A program made the translations under genes and the position numbers. 64,000 nt of DNA. It comes from Parcubacteria bacterium C7867-004. GTDB taxonomy: Bacteria > Patescibacteriota > Minisyncoccia > Phycocordibacterales > Phycocordibacteraceae. Each line of letters begins with the position of its first letter. Position 1 is the stretch's first letter. Of this stretch, positions 9,356 through 19,537 are shown piece after piece. Under the pieces are notes generated by a model. That model ran no database searches and had not been told where the DNA came from. It saw nothing but the letters and a program-made list of their open reading frames with translations. Location of the stretch: assembly GCA_001189075.1 (NCBI GenBank), contig LFCN01000006.1:237219-301218 (forward strand), in the 5' to 3' direction.

Positions 9356-9748
9356 ATGCTTACCTACAAATCAACATTCAGCGGGTTCTCGGTAGACGAC
9401 ATCATCAAAGCGAAAGAGTTCTATGGCTCAATGCTCGGTATAGATACGAAAGAGACGGAAGAAGGGCTTGAGCTCCATGTTTCGGGAGATGCGCCCGTAT
9501 TTCTCTACCCGAAGCCCAATCATGCTCCGGCGAGTTATACGGTATTGAACTTCTTAGTAACCGACATCGATGCAGCGGCGGATGAACTTATCGCGGCAGG
9601 TGTCAGTCTTGAAACGTACGATATGGGAAAGATGGGAACTGCGGACGAGAAGGGAATCTATCGCGGCAAAGAGGGAGAGATGGGGCCTACGGCAATAGCG
9701 TGGCTCCTCGATCCGGCAGGGAACATCCTTTCGATCATTCAGGAATAA
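9356..9748 (+). CDS. VOC/glyoxalase family protein
   Basis: FSGFSVDDIIKAKEFYG, PASYTVLNFLV.DID, IAWLLDPAGNILSI. Confidence 0.88.
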   Translation: MLTYKSTFSGFSVDDIIKAKEFYGSMLGIDTKETEEGLELHVSGDAPVFLYPKPNHAPASYTVLNFLVTDIDAAADELIAAGVSLETYDMGKMGTADEKGIYRGKEGEMGPTAIAWLLDPAGNILSIIQE

Positions 9749-9892
9749 AAGAAGATCGCCCATCGATGGATGGGCGAGTCATGCTGTCAACGGGAGCCAC
9801 CATGGTCAGCCAATATATCGAATCATTTGTTGCTTCATGAAGCATTCACACTGCACAGGGTACAGTTCGTTCATAACCCCTTACATTCATCC

Positions 9893-10210
9893 ATGATCTT
9901 CTTCCTTCTCATTGGCTTCATACTCGGCGCTGCCGTTATTATCTTCGCGCTTCAGAATACTGAGGTCGCATCACTCATGTTCCTCGGCTGGCAGTTCGAA
10001 AGCTCACTCGCGCTCGTGATTCTGCTTGCGATAGCCTCCGGCGTTATCATATCCGCCCTGGTGTCGCTCCCGAGTGCTATCGCCAACGGTATCCGCATGA
10101 TGGCGCTTCGCAAGGAGAATGTGAATCTGCGGAAGGAGCTCGAAGAGACGCAGCGCATCGCGTATCAGGGGACGGTGGTGATCGAGGAACCGACGAGCAT
10201 ATACCAATAG
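9893..10210 (+). CDS. LapA family membrane protein
   Basis: IIFALQNT...FLGWQFESSLALVIL, followed by coiled coil. Confidence 0.85.
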   Translation: MIFFLLIGFILGAAVIIFALQNTEVASLMFLGWQFESSLALVILLAIASGVIISALVSLPSAIANGIRMMALRKENVNLRKELEETQRIAYQGTVVIEEPTSIYQ

Positions 10211-10217
10211 GATACGA

Positions 10218-10250
10218 AAGAAGCCGCGCCCCAGAGGGGCGCGGCTTCTT
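10218..10250. terminator. Bidirectional terminator
   Basis: AAGAAGCCGCGCCCC-AGA-GGGGCGCGGCTTCTT between convergent genes. Confidence 0.8.
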
Positions 10251-10270
10251 CAATCTATAGGGACAAGACT

Positions 10271-10474
10271 CTAGACGCGCGAGACATTCACCGCGTAGGG
10301 GCCTTTCTTGCTCTCGGTCACGTCGAACGTGACCTTGTCACCCTTCTTCAATTCTTTGAAGGTGAGCGACTTGAGAGCATCGGCATGGAAGAAGAGTTGG
10401 TCTTCGATCCCAACCCGGCGAATATAGCCGAAGTTACGGTCGACGAGCTCTACAATAACGCCTTTTTGCAACAT
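10271..10474 (-). CDS. Cold-shock domain protein
   Basis: NFGYI, LFFHA, GDKVTFDV.ESKKGPYAVNV. Confidence 0.9.
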   Translation of the reverse strand: MLQKGVIVELVDRNFGYIRRVGIEDQLFFHADALKSLTFKELKKGDKVTFDVTESKKGPYAVNVSRV

Positions 10475-10516
10475 ACGAGTGGAATGAGTGCGGTTAGTAA
10501 TCTGTGCTCCCTAACG

Positions 10517-10541
10517 AAAGCGCGCCCAGAGGGCGCGCTTT
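10517..10541 (-). terminator. Intrinsic terminator
   Basis: AAAGCGCGCCC-AGA-GGGCGCGCTTT just downstream of csp stop. Confidence 0.75.
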
Positions 10542-10547
10542 TCGTCG

Positions 10548-10748
10548 TTAGATCTTGCTGACCTGGATAGCGTTTGGTCCCTTCGGGCTCTCACCGACCT
10601 CGAACGTCACCTTGTCGCCGACACGGAGGTCGTCGAAGTGTACGTTAACGAGTTCGTTCGAGTGAAAGAAGAGGTCCTTAGCCATCCCCTCAGCCTTGAT
10701 GAATCCGAATCCCTTGTCGGTAAGACCGGCAATTGTTCCTTCCTGCAT
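10548..10748 (-). CDS. Cold-shock protein
   Basis: KGFGFI (RNP1), LFFH (RNP2), GPNAIQV. Confidence 0.93.
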   Translation of the reverse strand: MQEGTIAGLTDKGFGFIKAEGMAKDLFFHSNELVNVHFDDLRVGDKVTFEVGESPKGPNAIQVSKI

Positions 10749-10940
10749 ACAATTTTGATACGAGCGATGCACCTGATAACAATCAAGTGCAGGAGGCTGG
10801 CATTGGAAACTCGACGCGACTTCCGTTCGACAGCACTGCGATTTGATAAGTCAAATCTACCATGAATGATTTTTTCTGTCAATCATTCGTGCTTCTGTCG
10901 ATTGACGTTCCGTAGTAGCTCGGCTACGGTTCAAGTACTC

Positions 10941-11153
10941 ATGAAAGAGTCCATTACCAACACCGTCTACCAGCACCGGAGCGTGCGCGGCGTAACACAG
11001 GAGGAATTCGCCGACGCGGTCGGCGTGAGTCGCCAGACCGTGATAGCGATCGAGAAGGGGAACTACGCTCCATCGGTCGCGCTCGCGCTGCGCATCGCCC
11101 GCTATTTCAAGGTGCCGGTAGAGACGCTATTCTCACTACGTCATCATGCATAA
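10941..11153 (+). CDS. XRE-family HTH transcriptional regulator
   Basis: TQEEFADAVGVSRQTVIAIEKGNYAPSVALALRIA. Confidence 0.92.
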   Translation: MKESITNTVYQHRSVRGVTQEEFADAVGVSRQTVIAIEKGNYAPSVALALRIARYFKVPVETLFSLRHHA

Positions 11154-11508
11154 CGCCTATCTCGAAGGAGCGACCGTGCTCGCGCTTGCGGGCCTCTCGC
11201 TCGTACTGCTCGATCCGTTCCATATCTGGATGCCGGACATGGCGTACATGATTGTGCTCTGCTGCCTGGTAGCAGCATTCGGCGCGTTCGCGGCGTTCGT
11301 GCTCTGCGAGCGGGCAGGCGACGAGCGGGAAGATGCGCACCGGATGCTTTCAGGCCGCATGGCCTTCCTAGCCGGAAGCGGAGTGCTGGTTGCGGGCATC
11401 GTGCTTCAGGGTCTTACGGGACCGATCGATCCGTGGCTCATTTATGCGCTTTGCGCGATGGTATTCGCGAAGCTGGCGGCACGCGCTTATAGCGATCGGC
11501 TGGGGTAG
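11146..11508 (+). CDS. Four-TM membrane protein (DUF2178-like)
   Basis: DERE..HR motif between TM pairs; overlaps regulator stop. Confidence 0.7.
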   Translation: MHNAYLEGATVLALAGLSLVLLDPFHIWMPDMAYMIVLCCLVAAFGAFAAFVLCERAGDEREDAHRMLSGRMAFLAGSGVLVAGIVLQGLTGPIDPWLIYALCAMVFAKLAARAYSDRLG

Positions 11509-11592
11509 GTGGGGATAACGAATGTAAAGCAGGCTTTACATCGAGTACGGGAGCTCTATACTTAGGGAATACCCCTAAGTACTATTCATTCC

Positions 11593-11901
11593 ATGGATTC
11601 AGATATGCAGAGCAAGTCGCACGTTATTCCCGTAGTTATCGGTATCATCGTTCTTGTACTCATCGGCGGTGTCGCGTACGCCATGATGAATAAGGAGGCG
11701 ATGATGATGGAGAAGAAGGACGCCATGATGGAGGAGAAGAAGATGGAAGGCGAGGGAAAGATGATGGAAGAGAACAAGATGATGGAGAACGGATCTTCCT
11801 CGGACACTATGATGAAGGGCGAGACGATGATGAAAGCCGATGATTCAGGAATGATGATGAAGGCTGAGTCAGGTGCGATGATGGACACCCCGACGAACTA
11901 A
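11593..11901 (+). CDS. Methionine-rich membrane-anchored protein
   Basis: One TM helix then repeated MM/MMM units (EAMMMEKKDAMMEEKKM...); alternative start 11605. Confidence 0.8.
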   Translation: MDSDMQSKSHVIPVVIGIIVLVLIGGVAYAMMNKEAMMMEKKDAMMEEKKMEGEGKMMEENKMMENGSSSDTMMKGETMMKADDSGMMMKAESGAMMDTPTN

Positions 11902-11906
11902 GCTCG

Positions 11907-12617
11907 ATGGATACGATCTTCCTCGCAACCGCATTCCTGGCCGGCGTGGTCAGCTTCCTTGCGCCCTGTGTGCTCCCGATCATACCGGGATTCCTCGCGT
12001 ATCTCGCAGGATCGACATCTGCGGATTCCCCGAATCGGCGCCGTGACATATTCGTGAACAGCGTGTTCTTCGTTCTCGGATTCTCGGTGGTATTCGCGCT
12101 GCTCGGTATCTTGCTCCAGACGGTGCTTGCGAGCATCGGCGGGGAGGTGCAGAGCGGGCTCTCGAAACTCGGCGGGCTCGTGATCATCTTCTTCGGTCTC
12201 TATCTCACGGGATTGATCAAGATTGCGTTCCTTGAGCGGGATCATAAGGTGCTCGTGAAGAAGAAGTTCTCCTCGCGGTACCTGACCTCGTTCGTGTTCG
12301 GAACGGCATTCGCGGTGGGATGGACGCCATGCGCGGGCGCAGTACTCGGCAGCATCCTCGGACTCGCGGCGTCAGCCCCGGTCTCCGCGTTCTTCCTGCT
12401 GCTCTCCTATGCGCTCGGACTCGGCATGCCGTTCCTGCTAGTCGGCCTCTTCACGGCGCAGGCGACGCGGTTCATCGACCGATACGCAGGCGCGTTCGTG
12501 TACGTGAACAAGCTGTTCGGTGTGGTCCTGGTGCTACTCGGCATCCTCGTGTTCACCGAGAGCCTCTCGCTCGTGGGCAACTTCGACTTCGTGAATTCCT
12601 TTATTCTTAGCCGCTAG
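11907..12617 (+). CDS. ccdA: CcdA/DsbD-family transmembrane thiol-disulfide electron transporter
   Basis: SFLAPCVLPIIPGFL and GWTPCAGAVLGSIL. Confidence 0.92.
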   Translation: MDTIFLATAFLAGVVSFLAPCVLPIIPGFLAYLAGSTSADSPNRRRDIFVNSVFFVLGFSVVFALLGILLQTVLASIGGEVQSGLSKLGGLVIIFFGLYLTGLIKIAFLERDHKVLVKKKFSSRYLTSFVFGTAFAVGWTPCAGAVLGSILGLAASAPVSAFFLLLSYALGLGMPFLLVGLFTAQATRFIDRYAGAFVYVNKLFGVVLVLLGILVFTESLSLVGNFDFVNSFILSR

Positions 12618-12620
12618 CTT

Positions 12621-13733
12621 ATGACTGTACGGAATGCCGTAACACTCGCCATCGTCATCGCACTCATTGCGGGCGCGATTTGGTACCTGGAGTCGCTGAA
12701 GCCGAAGACCGTGAGCGTCGATAGGAACGAGAACAGTGTCGAGCACGCGACCACTACCGAGACCGCCGACTACGCGGTCCGGGTAAAGAACTTTCCTCTC
12801 GCGCAGGAACTCGTCGCTCCCGACGGATACCTCAACACCGGCGACAAGCCGATAACCATCGCATCACTTGTCGGGAAGAAGGTCATTCTCGTCGACTTCT
12901 GGACGTACAGCTGTATCAACTGCCAGCGCACGCAGCCATATCTGAACGCCTGGTACGAGAAGTACGCGGACGAAGGTCTCGAGATAATCGGAGTGCATAC
13001 GCCGGAGTTCGACTTCGAGAAGGTGAAGGAGAACGTCGCGCAAGCGGTGGCGAGAGATGGGATAAAGTACCCGGTCGTGCAGGATAATGCGTACGCTACC
13101 TGGAACGCGTATCAGAACCGTTTCTGGCCTCATAAGTACTTGATCGATATCAACGGCCTCATCGTCTATGACCACATCGGCGAAGGCGCGTACGACGAGA
13201 CCGAGCGTGAGATTCAGAAAGCCCTTGCCGAACGCAAGCAGGTCCTGGGGGAAGCAGGCTCAATATCGACGGGTATCGTGGCGCCGAGCGAAACCCCGCG
13301 AGCGGGAAGCGCCGAGACGTACTTCGGGTACGATCGTAACGAATTCCTTGGAAACGGCCGCGCGGGGTCGGCGGGCATGCAGACGCTTACTCGTCCAGAA
13401 AAGGTATTACCGAACGTGCTGTACATGACCGGTGCCTGGAACTTCACGAAAGAGTACGCGGAGAGCGCAAGCGCTTCTTCGATTATCTATTCGTATGACG
13501 CGAAGCAGGTGTTCTTCGTCGCTGAAAGCACAGAAGGTACTACCATAACAGTCTTGCGCGACGGAGTGCCCGTAGCAGCTGAGAAAGGAGCTGATGTAGA
13601 CGCCTCAGGAAGGGTGCTTGTGAAGGAGGCACGCCTCTACAAGCTCATCAATGAGAAAGAGCGCGGCACGCACACTATCGAGATCAAGGTAGAGGGGGCA
13701 GGTCTCAAGGCCTTCACCTTCACGTTCGGCTAA
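12621..13733 (+). CDS. DipZ-like extracytoplasmic thioredoxin/redoxin
   Basis: LVDFWTYSCINC, GVHTPEF, WPHKYLID, HIGEG.Y, C-terminal AFTFTFG. Confidence 0.9.
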   Translation: MTVRNAVTLAIVIALIAGAIWYLESLKPKTVSVDRNENSVEHATTTETADYAVRVKNFPLAQELVAPDGYLNTGDKPITIASLVGKKVILVDFWTYSCINCQRTQPYLNAWYEKYADEGLEIIGVHTPEFDFEKVKENVAQAVARDGIKYPVVQDNAYATWNAYQNRFWPHKYLIDINGLIVYDHIGEGAYDETEREIQKALAERKQVLGEAGSISTGIVAPSETPRAGSAETYFGYDRNEFLGNGRAGSAGMQTLTRPEKVLPNVLYMTGAWNFTKEYAESASASSIIYSYDAKQVFFVAESTEGTTITVLRDGVPVAAEKGADVDASGRVLVKEARLYKLINEKERGTHTIEIKVEGAGLKAFTFTFG

Positions 13734-13756
13734 TAGCCAGGATGTAGAATGGAGCT

Positions 13757-14374
13757 ATGGAAACCTCACTCACCGTACTGGTGCTGAACGCGTCGCTTAA
13801 GAAAGGAGGAGCGCCTTCGAATACTGAAGAGGTAGCAAACCTCGTACTCGAGCAGATGAAGAAGTATGGGCCTATCGAGAGCGAGATGCTGCGTCTTGCC
13901 GACATGGATATTCCGGTCGGTCTCGGGTATCGCGAGAGCGAGACCGATGAGTGGCCTATGGTCGTTGAGAAGATACAGAAGGCCGATGTCGTTATCTTTG
14001 CTACACCGATATGGTGGGGCGGGCGATCGAGCCTGATGCAGCGCGCAATCGAGCGCATGGACGCCTTCGATGAGGGTACCGTTCCAGGAGGACGCGGCGC
14101 GCTCCTTAATAAGGTAGCGGGCATCGTTATAACGGGAAGCGAGGACGGCGCGCAGGCGGTTATGGCCGGGCTCATGGAAGTGCTCTCATTCATGAACTTC
14201 ACGCTCCCGCCGCAGTGCTGCACGTACTGGGTCGGCGAGACGGGACTTGATCCTAAGACCGATGCGGAGCGCAGACGGGCGAATCCCGTCGTCCAGCATA
14301 TGGCGGAAGCGACCGGCAAGAACCTTTCCTATTACGCTCGTCTCCTCAAGGAGCATCCGCAGTCGACTTCCTAG
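13757..14374 (+). CDS. NADPH-dependent FMN reductase / flavodoxin family protein
   Basis: LNASLK..SNT, ADVVIFATPIWWG, KVAGIVITGSEDG. Confidence 0.88.
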   Translation: METSLTVLVLNASLKKGGAPSNTEEVANLVLEQMKKYGPIESEMLRLADMDIPVGLGYRESETDEWPMVVEKIQKADVVIFATPIWWGGRSSLMQRAIERMDAFDEGTVPGGRGALLNKVAGIVITGSEDGAQAVMAGLMEVLSFMNFTLPPQCCTYWVGETGLDPKTDAERRRANPVVQHMAEATGKNLSYYARLLKEHPQSTS

Positions 14375-14397
14375 GGTGCCCTGGTATCCTTATCCCT

Positions 14398-14874
14398 ATG
14401 GAAAAGAACCACATCATCGCGGCGGTGCTGTTCGTTATAGTCGGTATCGGCATACTCGCGCTCGTGCCCCCTCCACAATCAGTCATGGTAGAGCAGGGAA
14501 CACCTGCTGATACGAGCGTACTTATAGGTACGTTCGAAGGCACCACGCCTTGCGCTGACTGTCCCGGCATCAAGACCGAGCTCACGCTCGTCAAGGACGC
14601 CCCGGACGCCATGGGTGGAACTTATCGGCTCTCGATGACGTACCTCGAGCGGGACGTCGAGCCGTACGTTACGGCAGGAACCTGGATGTTCGTAGAGGGA
14701 ACCGCAACCGACCCGAACGCAACCGTCATTGCACTCGATGCGGACAAGCCGGATCAGCAGCAGAAGTATCAGGTAACGAGCGAGACAACCGTCCGCATGC
14801 TCGACAAGGACGGAAAGACGATTGATTCTTCGCTTCCGTTCGATCTGACGCTCCGCACCGAGACCGGAAGCTAA
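14398..14874 (+). CDS. NlpE N-terminal domain (CutF-like) protein
   Basis: GTFEGTTPCADCPGIKTELTL. Confidence 0.85.
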   Translation: MEKNHIIAAVLFVIVGIGILALVPPPQSVMVEQGTPADTSVLIGTFEGTTPCADCPGIKTELTLVKDAPDAMGGTYRLSMTYLERDVEPYVTAGTWMFVEGTATDPNATVIALDADKPDQQQKYQVTSETTVRMLDKDGKTIDSSLPFDLTLRTETGS

Positions 14875-15350
14875 GCGAATTTCAGCATCTTGGCCCGGAT
14901 CTCCTGCAGGGATTTCTGGTAACGAGTATCGCTCGGATTCCTCTTATAGTTGATCTGACGAATCGCTACAGTATAGGATTTCCCGACCTTGCCGCGCATC
15001 TCGACACGGATGCGGAATGTGGACGTGAGACCTTTAGGAATCTTCGCGTAGACAATCGTTCCGAGCGTTATCTGCGCTATCCCGTCTCCTTCGCATGAGA
15101 TAGCGGTGGTCGAGATGAGACCCGGGACGGTCCCTTCGATTTGGTATACGAAACCGGTCGGTTTCTTTCCGGACGCTATTGAGACCGGGATATAGATATC
15201 TTCCGTAGGAGCGGTTATATCTAGTATGAACGAGAACTTGCCGATAACCGGGTCCGGTCCGTCAGGAACATAGGTCCTTCTGAAGCTTCGTTTTATATCT
15301 TGAACGTCGACGAGCAGGTTTGCGCTCGGTGTTGTCACCGGATTGCTCAT
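14871..15350 (-). CDS. Hypothetical protein
   Basis: 159-aa beta-rich ORF filling gap. Confidence 0.6.
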   Translation of the reverse strand: MSNPVTTPSANLLVDVQDIKRSFRRTYVPDGPDPVIGKFSFILDITAPTEDIYIPVSIASGKKPTGFVYQIEGTVPGLISTTAISCEGDGIAQITLGTIVYAKIPKGLTSTFRIRVEMRGKVGKSYTVAIRQINYKRNPSDTRYQKSLQEIRAKMLKFA

Positions 15351-15464
15351 AGGTGGTGCAGGTACTCGTAATAGGAAAAATATAACAAGACAAGATGCCG
15401 GAAACCTCTCTTTTCCCCGTACGCCGCATTTGCAATTCAGTTCAATGGCGCTACTATCCGCATC

Positions 15465-16382
15465 ATGAAATACCTCGCCCTACTTATACTCGCAATCCTA
15501 TTCGTTCCTCAGTCAGCCCTGGCGGCGGTGACCAAGCCAACTGCTACGACCTCAACCATCTCAGCAGATACCAACTGGTCCTTCAATCGGCTCGGTAAGG
15601 GGATCAATGTAGGGAGCCAGATTGAGAAACAGGTTGAATATACCGAGGACGAGCTCGTAAACGCATATCGCTATAAGAAGGGAAAGCTTGCGAATCACGA
15701 GCAATACAGCAGCGGCGTTAAAGTCGACAAGAACGATCTTGCAGTCTGGAATATTTTCGAGGGTATCTCGGGAAAGGCGTTCGCCGAGAAGTACGTATAC
15801 GCTCTTCTCACCTATAAGGAACCCCAAAGTGCCTATCTCGCGTACGTACAGACTCTGGCATCGAAGGATAAGTCCTGGCAGCTGAGCGTTAACGTGAATG
15901 CAGTTGATCTGAATAACAAGAAGTGGACGCGGGACATGGCTATCACGCTCGTGCACGAATACGCCCACATCCTCACCCTGAACAATGCACAGATGAAGAA
16001 GGGTAAGGGACTTGAGGCCTCATGTCTGAAAGTGGGAGATACGTTCTGGGTAGCCCGGTACGGCTGCACTAAAGAAGATTCCTATCTTGGCATGTTCGTA
16101 AAGGCATTCTGGACTCCGGCAGACATTATGGCCTATCGTGCCGCACAGAAGAAAGGCGATGAGGCGGGACTCTACAAGGGACAGAACGAAGCATTTGTGA
16201 CTCCGTATGCCGCGACAAGTCCGGTCGAGGACATTGCCGAGTCCTTCACCGACTTCGTGCTCCAGCAGAAGCCGGTGGGCACTACCTCGATACGGGATAA
16301 GAAGATCCACTTCTTCTATCAGTACCCGGAGCTGGTGAAGATGAGGACCCAGATTCGGGCCTCGATATCGAAGTACTTCTAG
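15465..16382 (+). CDS. Secreted putative zinc metallopeptidase
   Basis: Signal peptide; TLVHEYAHILTL; FVTPYAATSPVEDIAESF. Confidence 0.8.
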   Translation: MKYLALLILAILFVPQSALAAVTKPTATTSTISADTNWSFNRLGKGINVGSQIEKQVEYTEDELVNAYRYKKGKLANHEQYSSGVKVDKNDLAVWNIFEGISGKAFAEKYVYALLTYKEPQSAYLAYVQTLASKDKSWQLSVNVNAVDLNNKKWTRDMAITLVHEYAHILTLNNAQMKKGKGLEASCLKVGDTFWVARYGCTKEDSYLGMFVKAFWTPADIMAYRAAQKKGDEAGLYKGQNEAFVTPYAATSPVEDIAESFTDFVLQQKPVGTTSIRDKKIHFFYQYPELVKMRTQIRASISKYF

Positions 16383-16387
16383 TAATA

Positions 16388-16432
16388 AGAACAAATGAAA
16401 CGGCCCGCATTGCGGGCCGTTTCATTTGTTCT
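16388..16432. terminator. Bidirectional terminator (22-bp perfect inverted repeat)
   Basis: AGAACAAATGAAACGGCCCGCA-T-TGCGGGCCGTTTCATTTGTTCT between convergent genes. Confidence 0.8.
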
Positions 16433-19400
16433 ATAGCTCCTTGTATCGCTCGCGAACGTCTTTGCCTGGCCAGCGGTGATAGAGGACCGGTATGAGCACC
16501 AGGGTGAGCACCATGGAGAACGCGAGACCGAACATGATCGCGAAGGCGAGCGGGCCCCATATCGCCGAGGCGAAGGAGAGAGGGATCATACCGACAACGG
16601 TAACAACCGTAGTAAGAACGATAGGGCGGAAGCGCGAGCTTGCCGCTGCTACAACCACGTCGGTCAGCGACTGATCGGGATTCTGGCGACCGATGCGCGC
16701 TACCGAGTCCATGAGGATGATCGCGTGGTTTATGATCACGCCGGCTAGCGCGATGACGCCGAGCATCGAGGTAAGCGAGAGTGGGGAACCGGTGAGCATG
16801 AGGCCGATGAACACGCCGATGAGCGAGAACGGGATGATGGAAAGGAGGTAGAGGGAATGGCGGAACGAGTTGAACTCAAGCACGAGGATGGCGAGCATGA
16901 GCGCCGCGCCTCCGACGAGCGCGAGGATAAGCTCAAGGAATGACTTGTTAACGTCCTCGCTTTCGCCGCCCTGCTTCACCACAACGCCCTCTGGAAGCTG
17001 GATGTTTTTCATCTGCTTCTGGAACTCGTTCGTGATCTGAATAGGGTTCCCGCCCTTAGCCGCTTCTGCGGAAAGGGTAGCGATACGCTCGCCGTCCTCG
17101 TGACGGATAACGGTATTTGCAGGCTCGTATGAAATAGTCGCGATCGAGCTCAGCGGCACGGGGCCGTTGATGCCGTTCACGGTCAGGCTGCGAACCGCGT
17201 CGATGGTGGTCTCGTTGGTCTCAGACGGATCACGGTACCCGGGGTTGAGATCGAGCTTGGTGCGGACTTCGATATCGTCATCTCCGGTGCGGATGCTGGT
17301 GGCTTCGGTACCGTAAAGCGCAGTACGAAGCAGATCGGCAACCGCAAGCGTCGAGACGCCGAGCTCGCTCGCTTTGGCGGTGTCGAGATTAACGACGAAC
17401 TCGGCGCTGTCGTCCTTGGTCGAGGTGGTGATGTTGGTGGTACCGGGAATGTCGGCGAGGATGCGTTCCGCCTGAGCAACCGCAGTCGCGAGCGCGCCCA
17501 GGTCGTCTCCCGAGAAGGTGGTCGAGACCGCAGCTCCTGACGGAGGACCGCCTTCAGGTTCGGAGACGGTTACGCGCGCGGACGTAATGGATCCCAGCTC
17601 CGTGCGCAGGTCCTCGACGATTTCGGCGCTGGTCTGCTTGCGCTTCTCCTTCAGGTTCACGCTTATGTTCGCAGCGCGGGATCCGCCGAGACCACTCGCA
17701 GCGAACGAGCTTCCGGCACCTACTTCCGTTACGAATGATGCGATGCGGTCGTCCGCGTACAGAAGCTCCTCGACTTCGCGGACGGCAAGGTCGGTCTCCG
17801 AGAGGGAGGTTCCCTGCGGCTTCTCTATCTCGACGTACACGAGATCGACGTCCTCTCCGGGGAAGAACACTACTTTAACTAAGCCGAGAGCCGGCAGCGT
17901 GAGGACAACGAAGAGAAGAACCGTGATGCCGATAAGGAAGCGGCTCTCTTTTTTGCGGTCGCCGAGAATACCGCGCAGGAACTTCTCGTACCATGCCTTA
18001 GCGCGCTCGTTGTATTCCTCCTGACGTATCTCGAGAGGGGAGAGCGTCGGACGGATGATATACATCGAGAAGAGCGGTACGAATCCGAGCGCGACGAAGA
18101 TGCTCGCGAGCAGCACGAAGATAACGGTGAACGGGATCGACGCGAGGAACTGGCCTACGATACCCGAGAGGAAGAAGAGCGGGACGAATACCGCAATCGT
18201 AGTGAAGGTTCCGGCAAATAGTGGCCACGCATATTCCTTGATGGCGGTCACGGCAGCCTTCTTCTTGTCGCCGTATTCCACGAAGCGGGTGTGGATCGCT
18301 TCCACGATAACGATGCCGGAGTCCACGAGGATACCGATCGCGAGGATCAACGAGAAGAGCGATATGAAGTTGATGGTGTTGCCCGACGCTTGTATGCCGA
18401 TGAACGCGATAAGGAACGAGAGCGGTATGGAAATAGCGGCGGCGATGGATTCGCGCCAGCCGAGCGTGAGGAAGAGCATCAGCATCACGAGCGCCACGGT
18501 CTCAAGTCCCGTGCGGGTGAGCTCGGTGAGGTCATGATTCACGTCCTTGGGCGCGTCGTAGGAGATGACGATCTTGGTTCCGGCGAGCGTCGTAGCCTTG
18601 AGCTCCTCGAGCTTTTCTTTTACCTGGTTTCCGGTGGTGACGACGTTTCCGCCGCGGCTCTTGAATACGCTGATGCCGAGCGCTGGAGCTGAGGGTGCGC
18701 CCTCTACCGAAACTCTGGAATATGTGCGCGCGTCGGCCAGTCCGTTCACCACCTTCGCGACGTCGCGAATGTGAAGGGGCGTGCCGCCGGGGCCGGCAAG
18801 CGCGATGCTTCCCACGCGATCAGGATCAGAGAGACCTGCCTCGAGACGGACTGCGTAGGAGATGTCGTTTACCGTTATCGAACCGAGAGGGGAGGCGAGT
18901 CCCGAGGAGCGAATGGCGTTCGTGACGTCGGAGAGCGAAAGGTTGTACTGACGGAGCTTCGATTGCTCGACGATAACGCTCACTTCGCGCTCGCGGACGC
19001 CCGAGAGCGCTACCTCGGACACGCCCGGAATGCGTTCGAGTTCGTCCTTTACGGTCTCTCCGAGCGCGGTTAGTTCAGCAGGCGCAAGCTCGCCCGAGAT
19101 AGACGCGATGATGATCGGCTGGTCGGCGAAGTTAACGTCGGATACGGACGGATCTTCGGCTTCTCCGGGAAGCTCGGGGCGCACCTTCTCTACCTCGTCT
19201 TTGAGGAGCTGTATGGACTTATCGATATCAGCGGACGCATTGAACTCGACGGTCACGTTCGATACGCCGTCGCCTGAGGTCGAGGTTACTTTCGAGACGT
19301 TCTCGATGCCGAGCACGCGATCCTCGACCTTATCGGTTATGAGTCGCTCAACGTCCTCGCTCGAGGCGCCGGGAAGCACCGTCGTTACGATGCCGACCGG

Positions 19401-19529
19401 TATCTGGATCTCCGGAGATGACTCCTTCGGGATAGTTGCCGCAGCGACAACGCCGGCCGCGATAAGCACTACCGCGAGCAGTATCGTGAAGTGGTGCTTA
19501 TTGATGAAGAAGGTCCAGAACTTAGTCAT
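16431..19529 (-). CDS. RND efflux transporter permease (AcrB/AcrD/AcrF family)
   Basis: 1032 aa; GILVDSGIVIVE, GVIINHAIILMD, SRFRPIVLTT. Confidence 0.95.
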   Translation of the reverse strand: MTKFWTFFINKHHFTILLAVVLIAAGVVAAATIPKESSPEIQIPVGIVTTVLPGASSEDVERLITDKVEDRVLGIENVSKVTSTSGDGVSNVTVEFNASADIDKSIQLLKDEVEKVRPELPGEAEDPSVSDVNFADQPIIIASISGELAPAELTALGETVKDELERIPGVSEVALSGVREREVSVIVEQSKLRQYNLSLSDVTNAIRSSGLASPLGSITVNDISYAVRLEAGLSDPDRVGSIALAGPGGTPLHIRDVAKVVNGLADARTYSRVSVEGAPSAPALGISVFKSRGGNVVTTGNQVKEKLEELKATTLAGTKIVISYDAPKDVNHDLTELTRTGLETVALVMLMLFLTLGWRESIAAAISIPLSFLIAFIGIQASGNTINFISLFSLILAIGILVDSGIVIVEAIHTRFVEYGDKKKAAVTAIKEYAWPLFAGTFTTIAVFVPLFFLSGIVGQFLASIPFTVIFVLLASIFVALGFVPLFSMYIIRPTLSPLEIRQEEYNERAKAWYEKFLRGILGDRKKESRFLIGITVLLFVVLTLPALGLVKVVFFPGEDVDLVYVEIEKPQGTSLSETDLAVREVEELLYADDRIASFVTEVGAGSSFAASGLGGSRAANISVNLKEKRKQTSAEIVEDLRTELGSITSARVTVSEPEGGPPSGAAVSTTFSGDDLGALATAVAQAERILADIPGTTNITTSTKDDSAEFVVNLDTAKASELGVSTLAVADLLRTALYGTEATSIRTGDDDIEVRTKLDLNPGYRDPSETNETTIDAVRSLTVNGINGPVPLSSIATISYEPANTVIRHEDGERIATLSAEAAKGGNPIQITNEFQKQMKNIQLPEGVVVKQGGESEDVNKSFLELILALVGGAALMLAILVLEFNSFRHSLYLLSIIPFSLIGVFIGLMLTGSPLSLTSMLGVIALAGVIINHAIILMDSVARIGRQNPDQSLTDVVVAAASSRFRPIVLTTVVTVVGMIPLSFASAIWGPLAFAIMFGLAFSMVLTLVLIPVLYHRWPGKDVRERYKEL

Positions 19530-19537
19530 GTAGCGAA

